DNA from: a virus
Taxonomy: Duplodnaviria; Caudoviricetes
Length of the DNA stretch: 38,213 bases
Direction: 5' to 3' (one strand)
Virus record (IMG/VR): IMGVR_UViG_3300044724_003433
Span: 1 to 38,213 of that record
Positions 7,829 to 18,593 of this stretch are shown here, piece after piece. Position 1 is the stretch's first letter; the number at the start of each line of letters is the position of its first letter. The notes beneath the pieces were generated by a model. That model was not told the DNA's origin. It saw only the letters and a list, made by a program, of their open reading frames with translations, and did not search any database. The position numbers and the translations under genes were made by a program.

Positions 7829-9275
7829 GTATTCCAAATGGATTCTGTTCACTGAAGTCCAATATAGTATCAGCAGCGGTCTCAATATCAAAATTATCTG
7901 CATATGGATCATTGTTAATAGTTCTATCTATTGTCCTCAGAACTCTAGTAGCGCCAGAAGTAGATCCTGTCAATGTTTCTCCAGAGGAGAAAGATCCAGA
8001 AACACCTGCGACTTCAAGAACATTTGTATCCGAATCCCAGGATCTAACTCTTGCCGTTGTATTGCTAGTAGATCCAGTTACGATTTCATTAAATACAAAG
8101 TTTCCTACACTTAATCCCGCAAGAGGAGATTCAATGGAAATGGTAGGAGCAACAGAATATCCAAGACCAGCATTTGTTAAGTAAATATTTGCTATCGTTC
8201 CTGCTGCACTCACTACAGCAGTTGCGGCTGCTGAAACAGTCGTTACGCCAGATTTAAATATTTCATTGGTAAATGAAATAGTTGGATTGGTGATATATCC
8301 TCCACCAGCATTTGTAATCGTGACTACACCAACAATAGCGTCTCCAATAACGGTTGTTGCTGCTGCGCCGCTACCAGTTCCGTCAGTGGTCCTAAAAGTA
8401 ACTGTAGGTGCTACCGTATACCCAGAACCTGGATTTGCAACATCAACTCTCTGAACTGATTGGAATCTTGGATTTACATTAAGGTTACAAACATTGATAC
8501 CACCAATCATTGAGGCAATACCTACGGCAGTTACTCCACCTGTAGGTGCTGCGGATACCTCAACGGTTGGAACCATTCCATATCCACCACCTCTATTAGT
8601 TACCGTAAATGATCTTACACCACCATTAACAAGTGTTGTGATAGCAGTAGCAGTCACTGCTGTTCCAACCATTGTGAGAGTTTGAGTTATTCCCTGAATG
8701 GTACTAATACCATCATCAGTCAATCCATCAACCTCATTTCCTAATAACTCATTATCAATTTCATCAATTCCAGTTGCGATAACCTCATCTTGATACTGGA
8801 AGAGTTCGCAATATAATTCATAAACATAAAGATTCTGTAATTGGTAATATGGTTTCGCATATTCTACATCTTTAATTTCATATATGCGATCATCTAAAGG
8901 AAACCAAATTAAATCTCCACCTTTTGGTCTAGTGGATAATTTAATATTTGATTGCCCCTGAATCAAAGGAGTAATGTAGTTTTCGTATCTTTCTCTAGAA
9001 ATGATAAGTCTCACCTCATCCTTTGACTCAATACCAAATTTTGACAGAACATCTCCTGCTCCAGAATATGCATCGTAATTATCTACATATGCCTCAATAG
9101 GTAGGGCATTGTCAAATTTAGACTGAACAACCTCTCTAATGACAGTTTTTTCTGCCATATATTTTCTTGGAATATAATATATGTCAACACCATACATTCT
9201 CAACTGTTCGTTGATCAAATCCTGAACAAGATTTTGCTCAGACTTGGTTCCCTGCGTAAAAAATGGATTTAACAT
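7824..9275 (-). CDS. gp14: Neck protein (head closure), enlarged by inserted NxGxGY repeats
   Basis: EQNLVQDLINEQLRMYG.D.YYIPR, LSKFG, RPK.GDLI.FP, YELYCELFQY, C-terminal DFSEQNPFG. Confidence 0.9.
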   Translation of the reverse strand: MLNPFFTQGTKSEQNLVQDLINEQLRMYGVDIYYIPRKYMAEKTVIREVVQSKFDNALPIEAYVDNYDAYSGAGDVLSKFGIESKDEVRLIISRERYENYITPLIQGQSNIKLSTRPKGGDLIWFPLDDRIYEIKDVEYAKPYYQLQNLYVYELYCELFQYQDEVIATGIDEIDNELLGNEVDGLTDDGISTIQGITQTLTMVGTAVTATAITTLVNGGVRSFTVTNRGGGYGMVPTVEVSAAPTGGVTAVGIASMIGGINVCNLNVNPRFQSVQRVDVANPGSGYTVAPTVTFRTTDGTGSGAAATTVIGDAIVGVVTITNAGGGYITNPTISFTNEIFKSGVTTVSAAATAVVSAAGTIANIYLTNAGLGYSVAPTISIESPLAGLSVGNFVFNEIVTGSTSNTTARVRSWDSDTNVLEVAGVSGSFSSGETLTGSTSGATRVLRTIDRTINNDPYADNFDIETAADTILDFSEQNPFGIP

Positions 9276-10120
9276 CAGCCTATCATGTCAAATGGAGGAA
9301 GTTCATAAGTATTTGACATAACTTCTTTAATTTTATCCAACTCTTTCTCTGCATCATCATATATCTGTCTTCCATTCAATTCAATTCCCCCAGGAAGTTT
9401 TACTCCTTGGAACTTAATTAAATTTTGTCCCCATTGTTTTTTGATAAGAGCAGTTAGATATCTCTTGACAAAAGAATCATTATATACTCTCGTATAATCA
9501 TTGGGATCTAAAAGTCTATAACAGTCAATAACAATGTAGTCATCAACAGTAACACTTGCCCAGTCAATATCGAGATACAATCTATCTTGTCTCTGGTTAA
9601 ATCTTATTTGTTTTTGTGTAGTTAATGCAAAATCAATATCTTCAAGATATCTTTTCGTCATCGCATATGTTAATATTTCTGTCGATCCAAAATAATAGAT
9701 GTCATTCAAAAATAACTGATATTTAACACTAAACATATTATTTGTTGTAGTGTTTGATCCATCAAAATGGAAAATTTTTGAAATTCCTATAACATGAGGT
9801 GGAATCTGTAAATAATTACTATTCTCTTCATAAGAAAAAGTAGTTGCAGTGCCCACAATGGTGGTATTTGCGGTGGTGGTTACAATACCAACAGGATTAC
9901 TTCCGCCTCTACCTCGTCCTCTATCAATGTCTGCTTGAGTGACTTTGTATTTTAAGAATGTTTGAGTTACACCATCAAAGTGTCTTTCGTGGAAATATTG
10001 AAGGGCATCATCAACCAGATCATCAATTTGCTCATCAGCAACGTTGATCTCCAAAACAGGAGCACCTAACTGCCTCTTACAATAGTTAATTAGTTCTGTC
10101 CTATTTGTCGGTTGAGCCAT
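9275..10120 (-). CDS. gp13: Neck protein (head-tail adaptor)
   Basis: YCKRQLGAPVLEINV..QIDD..DDALQYF.E.HFDG; ALIKKQWGQNLIKF.G..LPGG..LNG. Confidence 0.93.
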   Translation of the reverse strand: MAQPTNRTELINYCKRQLGAPVLEINVADEQIDDLVDDALQYFHERHFDGVTQTFLKYKVTQADIDRGRGRGGSNPVGIVTTTANTTIVGTATTFSYEENSNYLQIPPHVIGISKIFHFDGSNTTTNNMFSVKYQLFLNDIYYFGSTEILTYAMTKRYLEDIDFALTTQKQIRFNQRQDRLYLDIDWASVTVDDYIVIDCYRLLDPNDYTRVYNDSFVKRYLTALIKKQWGQNLIKFQGVKLPGGIELNGRQIYDDAEKELDKIKEVMSNTYELPPFDMIG

Positions 10121-10142
10121 TTATCCACTAGTTTCCTAACTG

Positions 10143-10150
10143 TATTTAGG
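10143..10150 (-). promoter_or_regulatory. Late promoter variant CCTAAATA
   Basis: TAAATA core about 22 nt upstream of the gp13 ATG. Confidence 0.55.
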
Positions 10151-10532
10151 GTGCCGATGATACGGCAGGAACTACCATCACATTACCATTTACGAGAGTA
10201 TATAATGTCGAACCACTACTCACTATTACATCATATACATATCTTCCTTGATCAAGATTTCTGGTAGAAGTAGATCCTAAAGAAATTTTGATTTTACCAC
10301 CCAATGCGCTTGTAATTCCAACTGAAAATGATGTTGTTATACCAAGTGTTGCTCCAACAGCAACGCTTTTAGATATCGCAGCAGAACCTGAATATCCACT
10401 TAGATTGAATGCAGTATTGGAATTATTAGTTACATTAAATGTCGTTTCAAAGTCTGCACCTCCATAAATTGTCAGATTAGCTCCGTAAGGAACTCCTGTG
10501 TTTGGATCGAAAGTAATATTTTTAGATGGCAT
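10146..10532 (-). CDS. 128-aa Ig-like virion accessory / fibre adaptor-like protein
   Basis: ANLTI..GADF...F, NLSGY, G.I.ISL...T..L..GRYVYDV pattern seen in small tail-associated beta-sandwich proteins. Confidence 0.65.
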   Translation of the reverse strand: MPSKNITFDPNTGVPYGANLTIYGGADFETTFNVTNNSNTAFNLSGYSGSAAISKSVAVGATLGITTSFSVGITSALGGKIKISLGSTSTRNLDQGRYVYDVIVSSGSTLYTLVNGNVMVVPAVSSAP

Positions 10533-10704
10533 CTGGAAGTCCTATTACTGACATTGTTTCTTGCTGTTTATAATAAAGTTTGCAAAATGCTTTTGCAATA
10601 TTTTTAAGTTCATTACGATCTTCACAACTATCTATTTCAGATGCAATCTTTTGATATGCAAAACTTTTTGATAGATTCTTTAATTCAATACTATTTGGAT
10701 CCAT
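10522..10704 (-). CDS. 60-aa helical hypothetical protein, possibly NblA-like
   Basis: AGGAG RBS upstream; overlaps both neighbours; pattern L-x6-F-x8-ID-x3-D-x3-L-x2-IAK. The CDS is well supported, the function is speculative. Confidence 0.7.
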   Translation of the reverse strand: MDPNSIELKNLSKSFAYQKIASEIDSCEDRNELKNIAKAFCKLYYKQQETMSVIGLPDAI

Positions 10705-10918
10705 TGATTAACTCCTTTAATAATGACTTAATATCATTGATGTCCTCCTTAATACTAGCAACCTCACTCTCAATAGTTTGTATCTTCTGATTCTTTTCAC
10801 TTTTAGACTTTCGACTAGCAACATAGTGATCATAAGATGCTTTGTTCACATTAATAATGTTATTGGTTAAAGGATCCCTTGCGAGATCCTTATGTCCTTT
10901 TTGTGTGTAAGTTTCCAT
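10691..10918 (-). CDS. 75-aa hypothetical protein with a C-terminal coiled coil
   Basis: Starts 1 nt after the VrlC-like stop; GH.DL.RD..T..IIN followed by heptads. Confidence 0.8.
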   Translation of the reverse strand: METYTQKGHKDLARDPLTNNIINVNKASYDHYVASRKSKSEKNQKIQTIESEVASIKEDINDIKSLLKELINGSK

Positions 10919-10919
10919 A

Positions 10920-13900
10920 TTATGCGAGAGCGATCACTCTAAGATTTTTCATTTGAGGGACTAATACTTGACTTGTTGATGTCATTACAAGTTTGATTCT
11001 ATAAGATCTGAAGTTTGGAAGATTATCTATAGTAAATGTACGTTCGATAAAATCAGTTTCCGATGGACTATATCCTTTTTTGTTTGAATTTGATACAAAA
11101 ATGTCAGATCTTCCATCACTATTTTCTTCATTAATCACTTCGCCATTAATATTAAGATTCAAATATCCGGGGAATGGTTCAAATATTGGTTCAAATCCAG
11201 GATCAGAATTAATCGCATAGAATGCTCTGATATCAGCATCCGTAGGAATGTGAGCATCTACAATAATTTTAATTGACGATGCAGGATTTTCAAGGGTTAC
11301 TTCTTTAGAAACATACTGACACGCACTAGGATCATTAAAGAGAGTATTTACTCTAGGATCAGTAGCATAATTAGTAACTTCAGAATTAACTCTATTTGAT
11401 ATCGCATAGATGCTACATCTATCAAGTTCAATTTGCGGAGTCAATTTAGTGTTAGTTGTTCCAAGGAAAAGTCTCATTTGCATGGACTTATTACCTTCAA
11501 TAGAATCCAACTTGCGATCTTCATTTACCTTAGAGAAAACTGCTCTAGGGGAATCAAGATAATTATTTGAATTAATTACAACATCTTCAAATCCCGCATT
11601 TACATAAGCAATTTCATTACCACTAATACTTTGAGTAGTAACAGTTCTTAATTGAGCAGATAATGAAGTTCCTTCAACGGTAATGTTGTGTATTGATGGT
11701 TTGATAATTTCAAAAGGAATATTTTTAGTAGCCCTAACATTATCTCCCCCACCAGATTTTGTTGTGCTGAGGAATAGTTTGGAGAATCCTACGTTGTCAG
11801 ATCTATCATCGTTATCATTGATGCCAATAGTTCCAAACTTTTCAGACATATCAAGTTTAATATGATAAGAATCTAATGTAATTGGATTTGGAACAGTTAC
11901 GTCACTTAGATCATGAGTTTTATTAATTCTGGCAAGACTTACTCCTGCGAATTCATACTTATAGACTGGCGTGTCTATAGGATATGATTTTGGAACTGCT
12001 CCTCTAGAAATAGATCCACCAATTGTTGATGATGTTGTAGAAGTGTATTCAATAACCTCTTCACCAATCAAAAGTAATCCAGTATTAGTTAAACCAACAC
12101 CAACACCTTCAAACGTGGAGAAGTTACTTCCTGTTCCAGCAGTTACTTGAAGTGGATCTGTTGAAGACTTACTATACGCTGCTGTTAGTTTAGTTGGTTT
12201 AACATCAGGGAGAACATTGTATATTTTCACAAAGTTATCATCAAAATTCATTCCATGATTAACATGATTTACTTTGATATGCAATCCATCAGAAACTTCT
12301 GTTATTCCATTGGCAGGAATTGTAACATTTCCTCCATTAGCACTATTCAGTTCTCTTTCGACACCATTACTGTCATAGAAACGAATTGTTCCTGCTGCTC
12401 CAGTAATAAATTCTCCCTGTACATTACCAATTATTAATTCAGAAGTTGATCCAATACCACTTAATGTAAATCTTGCATTTCTTCCAACACTCAATCCAGC
12501 AGAATCTGATGAAGATGGATCTGGCGCAATAGGACTAATAGTAACCACATCGCCAACTTGATATCCATTACCACCAGCATTACTAATAGTCGCTGCTACA
12601 GCAACTCCATCTACGATAGTAACATCTGCAGCAGCTCCTGATCCGTTTCCAGAAACAGCAACTAAATTTACTTCAGAGAAAGTAAAACCACCATCTGCTG
12701 GCGTATATCCAACTCCTGGATTAGTAACTGTTAATGTCCCTTTAGCACTAGCACCAACTCCAATTAAGTCGCCTTCAGTAATTTTATTTGTGGAAGTTCC
12801 CTGGAAAAATGTATTGCCAAGAACATAGCGACCATCATAAATTTCTGTTCCTAATCCAACACGAATTTCTTTTGAAGTAATATTTAATGGATTCTCCATT
12901 AATTTTGCAATTTGCTTATTACCTTCAGAAAGTTCTGGACTGTAGAGATCTACAGATCCAGATTCAACAAAGTCCGCTCTATACAGAGTAAACTTAAGAT
13001 CTTCCCACTGACTTGCTTCCCATGTTGAAGCATTTTGAGATTTAAACAAAGATCCAAGTGTTGGTTGGTTAGAAATATAAGCGTCAGATAAGATGTCATT
13101 TTCACCAACTCTGGAGATATAAACACTGTACTTGGTTGAGTTTGAAATTAAGCAGATAGCATATTCTTTACCACCTTCCAGATAAACTGGAGCAGCAAAT
13201 TCAAAGGTAGTTGCTACAGATCCGTCAGTTGAAGTATTAACACTATCAGGATAAAGGAGCACCTCAGATAGATCAAAATACTTAGGAGTTGGGAAACCAT
13301 TCTCCATTGTTCTGATCTGCATTCTGACAGGAGTATTTCCGTCATCTTTAGTACGGAAGAATACATCACACTTCGTTATGAATACACCTTCAGGGTCTGT
13401 TTGTTTATCGACCAGGAAAGATTGTGCGAGAGGGTCATACCAACCAACAATAGATTCACTAGTACTTGCCTGTCCAATGTTTCTAGTAGCAGTGATCTCA
13501 GTGTCAACAGTTCTATTAACAAGTTCCTCTTCAAAGAGTTTTTTCTGTTCAATTTTTGCATTTCTAATGGAAAGAATTTGCTCCTGAACTGTTTCTAAAG
13601 TACCAGCAGTTGGATATGCTTCTTCGCCAACAGTGGTAGCAGAATCTTGATCATTCTCTGGGTCATTTGTTAATGTGAACGTATTAGTTCCAGTTTCAAA
13701 ATTAGGATTGTCTTTATTACTTGGATCTGGGATGAAGAAACTTCCTAATAAAGCTGAAGATGTGTCAGTAATAAGTCTGACATTTGTTACTTCTGCCTCC
13801 GCACCGCTTGTTTGTCCAGTCAGTTTCATTCCTGTCTGGATATATCCAAAGAAATCACCTTCTGGTTGACTTGCGAGAGAATATGTATCTACATTCAACG

Positions 13901-16900
13901 TGGTTGATGTAGAAGAATAGGATTCGGGAATAGTTCCGCCATCAACATAAGGATTATCTGGATAAACCTCTGTTGGAGAGTTGTAATCACCTCTTCTATG
14001 ATTAGATTGAGCAACTCTAAAGTTAATTCTAGGATTAGTATCCTTACCTTCTTCACCAAGACCAGTACTAATAATCCTTCCCTCTACTGTCTCACCAACC
14101 TGGAATGTACCAGAACTCATTGAGATTTCAATCAATTTAGGGACACAATACTTTGTGACATCTTTACCATCAAAGAAAGCATAGATTTGAGTACTTGGTT
14201 TTAAGTTTGCCGCATAAAATTCAATATTTCTTGATCTTACAGTTGTGACAATTTCAGTACTAAGAACTTTATCACCAACGGAAACTTCTTCAAAAGTTTC
14301 AGTAACCACGTATTGTGTACCCGTTCTTGATTTAGTTCCACTTTCAATTGTATCAGTTACATCCTGTTCAATTGGTTGAGTAGTAGTCTGTCTAACCCAT
14401 GCGGCAGGTCCACCACTTCCACCATTAATCCATCCACCTCTTCCAAATGTTGTAGATGAAGTGGTGGTAGACTCTCTAGTGTCAGTTTTGGTGGTTGTAG
14501 TGCCAGACCAATTAGTTTCCCAAGAATTCCATACTGCAGAAGCAAATCCAGTTTCTGGATCAACACCATATTTTTCTTCTGCCTCAGACATAATCTGAGA
14601 ATAGTTACCAATAGTATCAATTGTTTTTGCCTTCATCCTGGTTTGATCGACCCAAGTATCAGAAGAAGGTGTTAAAGCAATTGTTCCTTGCCAGAAACTA
14701 ATCAAGAAAGGAGTTACACTTTCAGTTCTAGTTGCAAAAGTTTGTGATATCCACTCAACATCAGAATAATCAAGACTGATGATATCATTTTGTTTTCTAA
14801 CGTTTGTTCCATCTATAGTGGAGTTTCTCTTATCAGCAGTAGGATCAACATCAACGACGGGACCTGTCTGTAAAGTAAAGACGTTTGTACTATGCTTTGG
14901 TCTAAGAACTTTATTAGATTGATCAATACTATTGTTTCTACCAAGTCTTAAATCTTGAGTAGAGAATGATGTAAAGTTGTCTACAAAGAATCCAGACTTA
15001 AATCTATTAAGACCATTTGAGTCTGGAATAAACTGATTAGCAGTATTTGTTTCCAGTATAGAGAGAGTTGTATAATATTCTAAATTTCTAATTCTATCTT
15101 CAAGTTTTTTGATATCTTTCATCTGATATCTCTTGTACTTCAAGAATTGAATAGATGCTTGTTGTACGTTGTGAAGATATGGTGGATATTCTATTGTAGC
15201 AAGTTCAATTGCATTAGCAGGAGACTCTGGTTGTGCTCTCTTTGGATAATCAGAAGGAGTTCCAAACTTCATTTGAAGTTTTCCATCTTTATGGAGATAG
15301 AGTCTATCAATTCTTCCTTGATAGTAGGCATAATCTAAGAAAATAGTTTCATTAGATGCAAGAATATTCGAAACAGAATTTCCTGCTCTATTAAAAGATC
15401 TGCCAAGGAATTCCAATGGAGATCTAGATCCCTCAGATACTGTATAATTATTGACTCTTGGTCTTAAATCAATAATATCTGTATTCAATACTCCATTTAC
15501 TGCCTTTACTTCAGTAGAATAATTAAAGTCATTATATGATTCGACAGTAACAATATCTCCATCATCGGAAGCATCAAAAGATGCTGCCTTGTAGTATATT
15601 TTAATTTTATTTCTTGGAGAATCTGAATCAGTTTTTCTTGTTATAAAACCATGATTGTAGATTGTTCCTCTTTGCCCAGATCCAAAAGTATAATTTGATG
15701 AAATATTGAAAGAAGTTGTATTTAAACTACTTACTGCACCAGAAATAGAAGATTCTTGGAATACAACTGTTTCTCCTTCTACAAACTTGAAATTGTTTTT
15801 GGAAAGATATCTAAGTGTTGTCGAATCTTTAATTTCTGCAAATACTGCAACTGCTCCACTTGTTTGACCAACTATCAATTCTCCAATAACCATATCTCCA
15901 GTTGAAGCAGTAGGACCATTTAACTGGGTGAGAGACATTTCTGGAGAACCAAAACTATTATTAGTTAAGGTAACATCGGATGTCTCATATATCGCATGAA
16001 TTTCAATAATGTCTGGGACATTTAATGATATGATACTATCCTGAACTCTAGTTCCAAATGGATAATTTCCATAAGTCAATCCATCATTTAAAGTAGTTGA
16101 TCCAATTCCAGAAGCTGGATTAATTGACTTATCTACAACTAAAGACTTAACTCTATCTTTAATTTTTCTTTTTGCTTTTACATTACTCTTTCTGACTGTG
16201 GCAACAAGTTGAGCACCAGTATCATCTGCGCCTAAACCTCTAATCTGAAGTTCTCTAAGATCTGCGGAGAATGAGAAATTATTGGAAGTCAGTGGTTCGG
16301 TTGTTCCGTCAGATCTAATGAGAGAATATCTTTCGTCAGAATATGAAAGATAAATTTCTCCTTCTGGAAGTGCGACGGTAAGTAAACTAGTGGAACTTAA
16401 TTGATTATTTACAATATCTACTGCGAATGGTTTTCTAATCGTTAATTCAGCATCTGTAAGATCAATAACAGCAATATTTTGGTTCGGTAACTCTGTATAG
16501 AAAGTTGTATCTGATGAAGAATCTAACTGAGTATTAACAATTTTAAGATCGGAAGCGGTAAAATTCGTTGTAGGAAGACCACCATTCACTACACCAGGAA
16601 CTGTTGTTACTCCAGCAATTGTAACTTCAGTTGTTGTAACACCCACAACTCTTGCTAAAATTGGATCCTGTGATACGCTGAGATCAGAGTATTCGAGTAG
16701 GTTATTTACTCTTAATTTGCCTGGGAATAATGAATTTGAACTAGAGACAGTGCTGATTCCACCACCAGAAGCAGTAATAGATGCTACTCCTACTGTCGAT
16801 ACTGGGGTTTGTATAACGTTAGCACTAAATGTATTAATACCAACAACATTATTTCCATTTGTTCCTGCTGCTATTCCTGTGTTAGAATAAACAGATTTTA

Positions 16901-18587
16901 CATCTGAAATTCCGTAGGAAGTGATTGCCGTGGCAACTCGATTTATTGTAGATACTTGTGTAGAAATTCCACTTCTGAAGACAAGAACTTCATTTTTAAC
17001 AAATTTGCCTTTTTGATCATATATCGTTAAAGCAGTTCCAGCACTAACTGGACTTCTTAAAAATCCGGTCGCACCACTACTATTTCCTTCGACGTATGCA
17101 GGAATTGATAAATCAATAGAACTGTTAACAGTGATTTCTGTAAAGGGTTGTATGTCATACATCGACATACCCCACTCATTTTCTTGAGGGAAAGATGAAT
17201 TATAAGATCCAGATTCAAGTCTGAAATCAAATACTCTAGCAAGTCCTATTTCTTTTCCAGGAGCAGTTTCGGAATTTACTCCAACTCTTTGATCCCTTAA
17301 ACTGAGAATATATGTATTACCTACTCCAATAGTAGGTGATCTATATACACTGTTTAATTTAAGTGTTGGGCCAGTACTATAAGGGAAAAACTGATTTTCA
17401 ATAGTTCTTGTTGTCCTTGGTTTTGGTACATCAATAAAAGAAGGACTTATTGTTTCAACTTCATATCCTGTGACGTATGCTTTTCCTGGAGATACTCTAC
17501 AAATTGCTAAATCTGGACTAGGAGTAGACCCACCAGCAGTAAATTGACCCTCTTCATATAATCCTTGATTTCCGCGATTATTATTAAGAGAGTTTAGAAT
17601 AGAAACGTTGAATGGTTTAACGATATAGTGACCACTTTCGTCATATGTTCTTCTTGCTAAAATATCTGTAAGATCGTCAAAGAAGACTGCGCCGCCACCT
17701 TTGGCACTACCCCTCCTACTGGGTGCTTGAAGAACACCATCAATTACAGTTGCTAGTAAAATAAAATTATCATCATTGAAATCATCCAGAGATTTTTTAA
17801 ATAAACTTGTGGAGATTTTAAGTCGATCTGCCCCTGGAGAACCATAGTTATTGAATCCTTGAGAATTATCATTCAAGGATTCATCAGTATTTGAATTTAC
17901 AACTTCTTCGGAAACAAAGAGACCAATTCTATAACTAGGAGTATTTGAATATTGATCTAAAACTAAAGACTCTCTGTTTACATTTACAAAATATCCACGA
18001 ATAAAGTAAACTCCACTTTCAATTTGAAATACTGATCCTGTAGCAGTCGAATTTGCTGGTATAGTATTTGCAAATGGGGCTCCAGCTGAAATAACAGAAT
18101 TACCTAACAATCCCGAACTCAAAGGTTGGTTACAGGTTAAAGATTCTCCATCAGTAAATGTTTGTGTAGTATTATCAGTTCTAGCAGAACCTTGATATGC
18201 AATGTATAATGTTAGATTTCCCCTTTCCGAATCAGCAGACGGAAGAATGCTATCAACAACTGCAGTAACACCGGAAATTTGTCCAGTAATAGTTGTTCCA
18301 ACTAATTGGTCAGCATATGCTTCAACAGGAACTCCCTGGAAGGTATTTGCTAGTTGTACACAATAATACAATTGCGAATATCCAGTGTTGCCAGGAATTA
18401 CCTTTGCGCCTTCTTTAAAAAAATGCTGCCCAAATTTTTCTACTTGATTCTGAAGAATCGATTGTAGAGTTGTTAATTCTCTTGCCTGAACGGGATATCC
18501 AGGTTTAAAAAGCACCTTGTGATAATCGTTCGTCGCATCAAAATCGTCAAAATATGGTGCTACGTTAAGGTTCGTCTGCTGTGGCAT
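10920..18587 (-). CDS. vrlC: VrlC-like (DUF4815-type) large virion structural protein
   Basis: TNLNVAPYFDDFD..YHKVLFKPG.PVQARELT.LQSILQNQ, GADRLKI, LARRTYDESG.Y, RI.NLEYYT.L, RFKSGFFVDNF, DPLAQSF, GSLFKSQN.STW..Q.EDLKF; follows gp8. Confidence 0.85.
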   Translation of the reverse strand: MPQQTNLNVAPYFDDFDATNDYHKVLFKPGYPVQARELTTLQSILQNQVEKFGQHFFKEGAKVIPGNTGYSQLYYCVQLANTFQGVPVEAYADQLVGTTITGQISGVTAVVDSILPSADSERGNLTLYIAYQGSARTDNTTQTFTDGESLTCNQPLSSGLLGNSVISAGAPFANTIPANSTATGSVFQIESGVYFIRGYFVNVNRESLVLDQYSNTPSYRIGLFVSEEVVNSNTDESLNDNSQGFNNYGSPGADRLKISTSLFKKSLDDFNDDNFILLATVIDGVLQAPSRRGSAKGGGAVFFDDLTDILARRTYDESGHYIVKPFNVSILNSLNNNRGNQGLYEEGQFTAGGSTPSPDLAICRVSPGKAYVTGYEVETISPSFIDVPKPRTTRTIENQFFPYSTGPTLKLNSVYRSPTIGVGNTYILSLRDQRVGVNSETAPGKEIGLARVFDFRLESGSYNSSFPQENEWGMSMYDIQPFTEITVNSSIDLSIPAYVEGNSSGATGFLRSPVSAGTALTIYDQKGKFVKNEVLVFRSGISTQVSTINRVATAITSYGISDVKSVYSNTGIAAGTNGNNVVGINTFSANVIQTPVSTVGVASITASGGGISTVSSSNSLFPGKLRVNNLLEYSDLSVSQDPILARVVGVTTTEVTIAGVTTVPGVVNGGLPTTNFTASDLKIVNTQLDSSSDTTFYTELPNQNIAVIDLTDAELTIRKPFAVDIVNNQLSSTSLLTVALPEGEIYLSYSDERYSLIRSDGTTEPLTSNNFSFSADLRELQIRGLGADDTGAQLVATVRKSNVKAKRKIKDRVKSLVVDKSINPASGIGSTTLNDGLTYGNYPFGTRVQDSIISLNVPDIIEIHAIYETSDVTLTNNSFGSPEMSLTQLNGPTASTGDMVIGELIVGQTSGAVAVFAEIKDSTTLRYLSKNNFKFVEGETVVFQESSISGAVSSLNTTSFNISSNYTFGSGQRGTIYNHGFITRKTDSDSPRNKIKIYYKAASFDASDDGDIVTVESYNDFNYSTEVKAVNGVLNTDIIDLRPRVNNYTVSEGSRSPLEFLGRSFNRAGNSVSNILASNETIFLDYAYYQGRIDRLYLHKDGKLQMKFGTPSDYPKRAQPESPANAIELATIEYPPYLHNVQQASIQFLKYKRYQMKDIKKLEDRIRNLEYYTTLSILETNTANQFIPDSNGLNRFKSGFFVDNFTSFSTQDLRLGRNNSIDQSNKVLRPKHSTNVFTLQTGPVVDVDPTADKRNSTIDGTNVRKQNDIISLDYSDVEWISQTFATRTESVTPFLISFWQGTIALTPSSDTWVDQTRMKAKTIDTIGNYSQIMSEAEEKYGVDPETGFASAVWNSWETNWSGTTTTKTDTRESTTTSSTTFGRGGWINGGSGGPAAWVRQTTTQPIEQDVTDTIESGTKSRTGTQYVVTETFEEVSVGDKVLSTEIVTTVRSRNIEFYAANLKPSTQIYAFFDGKDVTKYCVPKLIEISMSSGTFQVGETVEGRIISTGLGEEGKDTNPRINFRVAQSNHRRGDYNSPTEVYPDNPYVDGGTIPESYSSTSTTLNVDTYSLASQPEGDFFGYIQTGMKLTGQTSGAEAEVTNVRLITDTSSALLGSFFIPDPSNKDNPNFETGTNTFTLTNDPENDQDSATTVGEEAYPTAGTLETVQEQILSIRNAKIEQKKLFEEELVNRTVDTEITATRNIGQASTSESIVGWYDPLAQSFLVDKQTDPEGVFITKCDVFFRTKDDGNTPVRMQIRTMENGFPTPKYFDLSEVLLYPDSVNTSTDGSVATTFEFAAPVYLEGGKEYAICLISNSTKYSVYISRVGENDILSDAYISNQPTLGSLFKSQNASTWEASQWEDLKFTLYRADFVESGSVDLYSPELSEGNKQIAKLMENPLNITSKEIRVGLGTEIYDGRYVLGNTFFQGTSTNKITEGDLIGVGASAKGTLTVTNPGVGYTPADGGFTFSEVNLVAVSGNGSGAAADVTIVDGVAVAATISNAGGNGYQVGDVVTISPIAPDPSSSDSAGLSVGRNARFTLSGIGSTSELIIGNVQGEFITGAAGTIRFYDSNGVERELNSANGGNVTIPANGITEVSDGLHIKVNHVNHGMNFDDNFVKIYNVLPDVKPTKLTAAYSKSSTDPLQVTAGTGSNFSTFEGVGVGLTNTGLLLIGEEVIEYTSTTSSTIGGSISRGAVPKSYPIDTPVYKYEFAGVSLARINKTHDLSDVTVPNPITLDSYHIKLDMSEKFGTIGINDNDDRSDNVGFSKLFLSTTKSGGGDNVRATKNIPFEIIKPSIHNITVEGTSLSAQLRTVTTQSISGNEIAYVNAGFEDVVINSNNYLDSPRAVFSKVNEDRKLDSIEGNKSMQMRLFLGTTNTKLTPQIELDRCSIYAISNRVNSEVTNYATDPRVNTLFNDPSACQYVSKEVTLENPASSIKIIVDAHIPTDADIRAFYAINSDPGFEPIFEPFPGYLNLNINGEVINEENSDGRSDIFVSNSNKKGYSPSETDFIERTFTIDNLPNFRSYRIKLVMTSTSQVLVPQMKNLRVIALA

Positions 18588-18593
18588 AATTCT

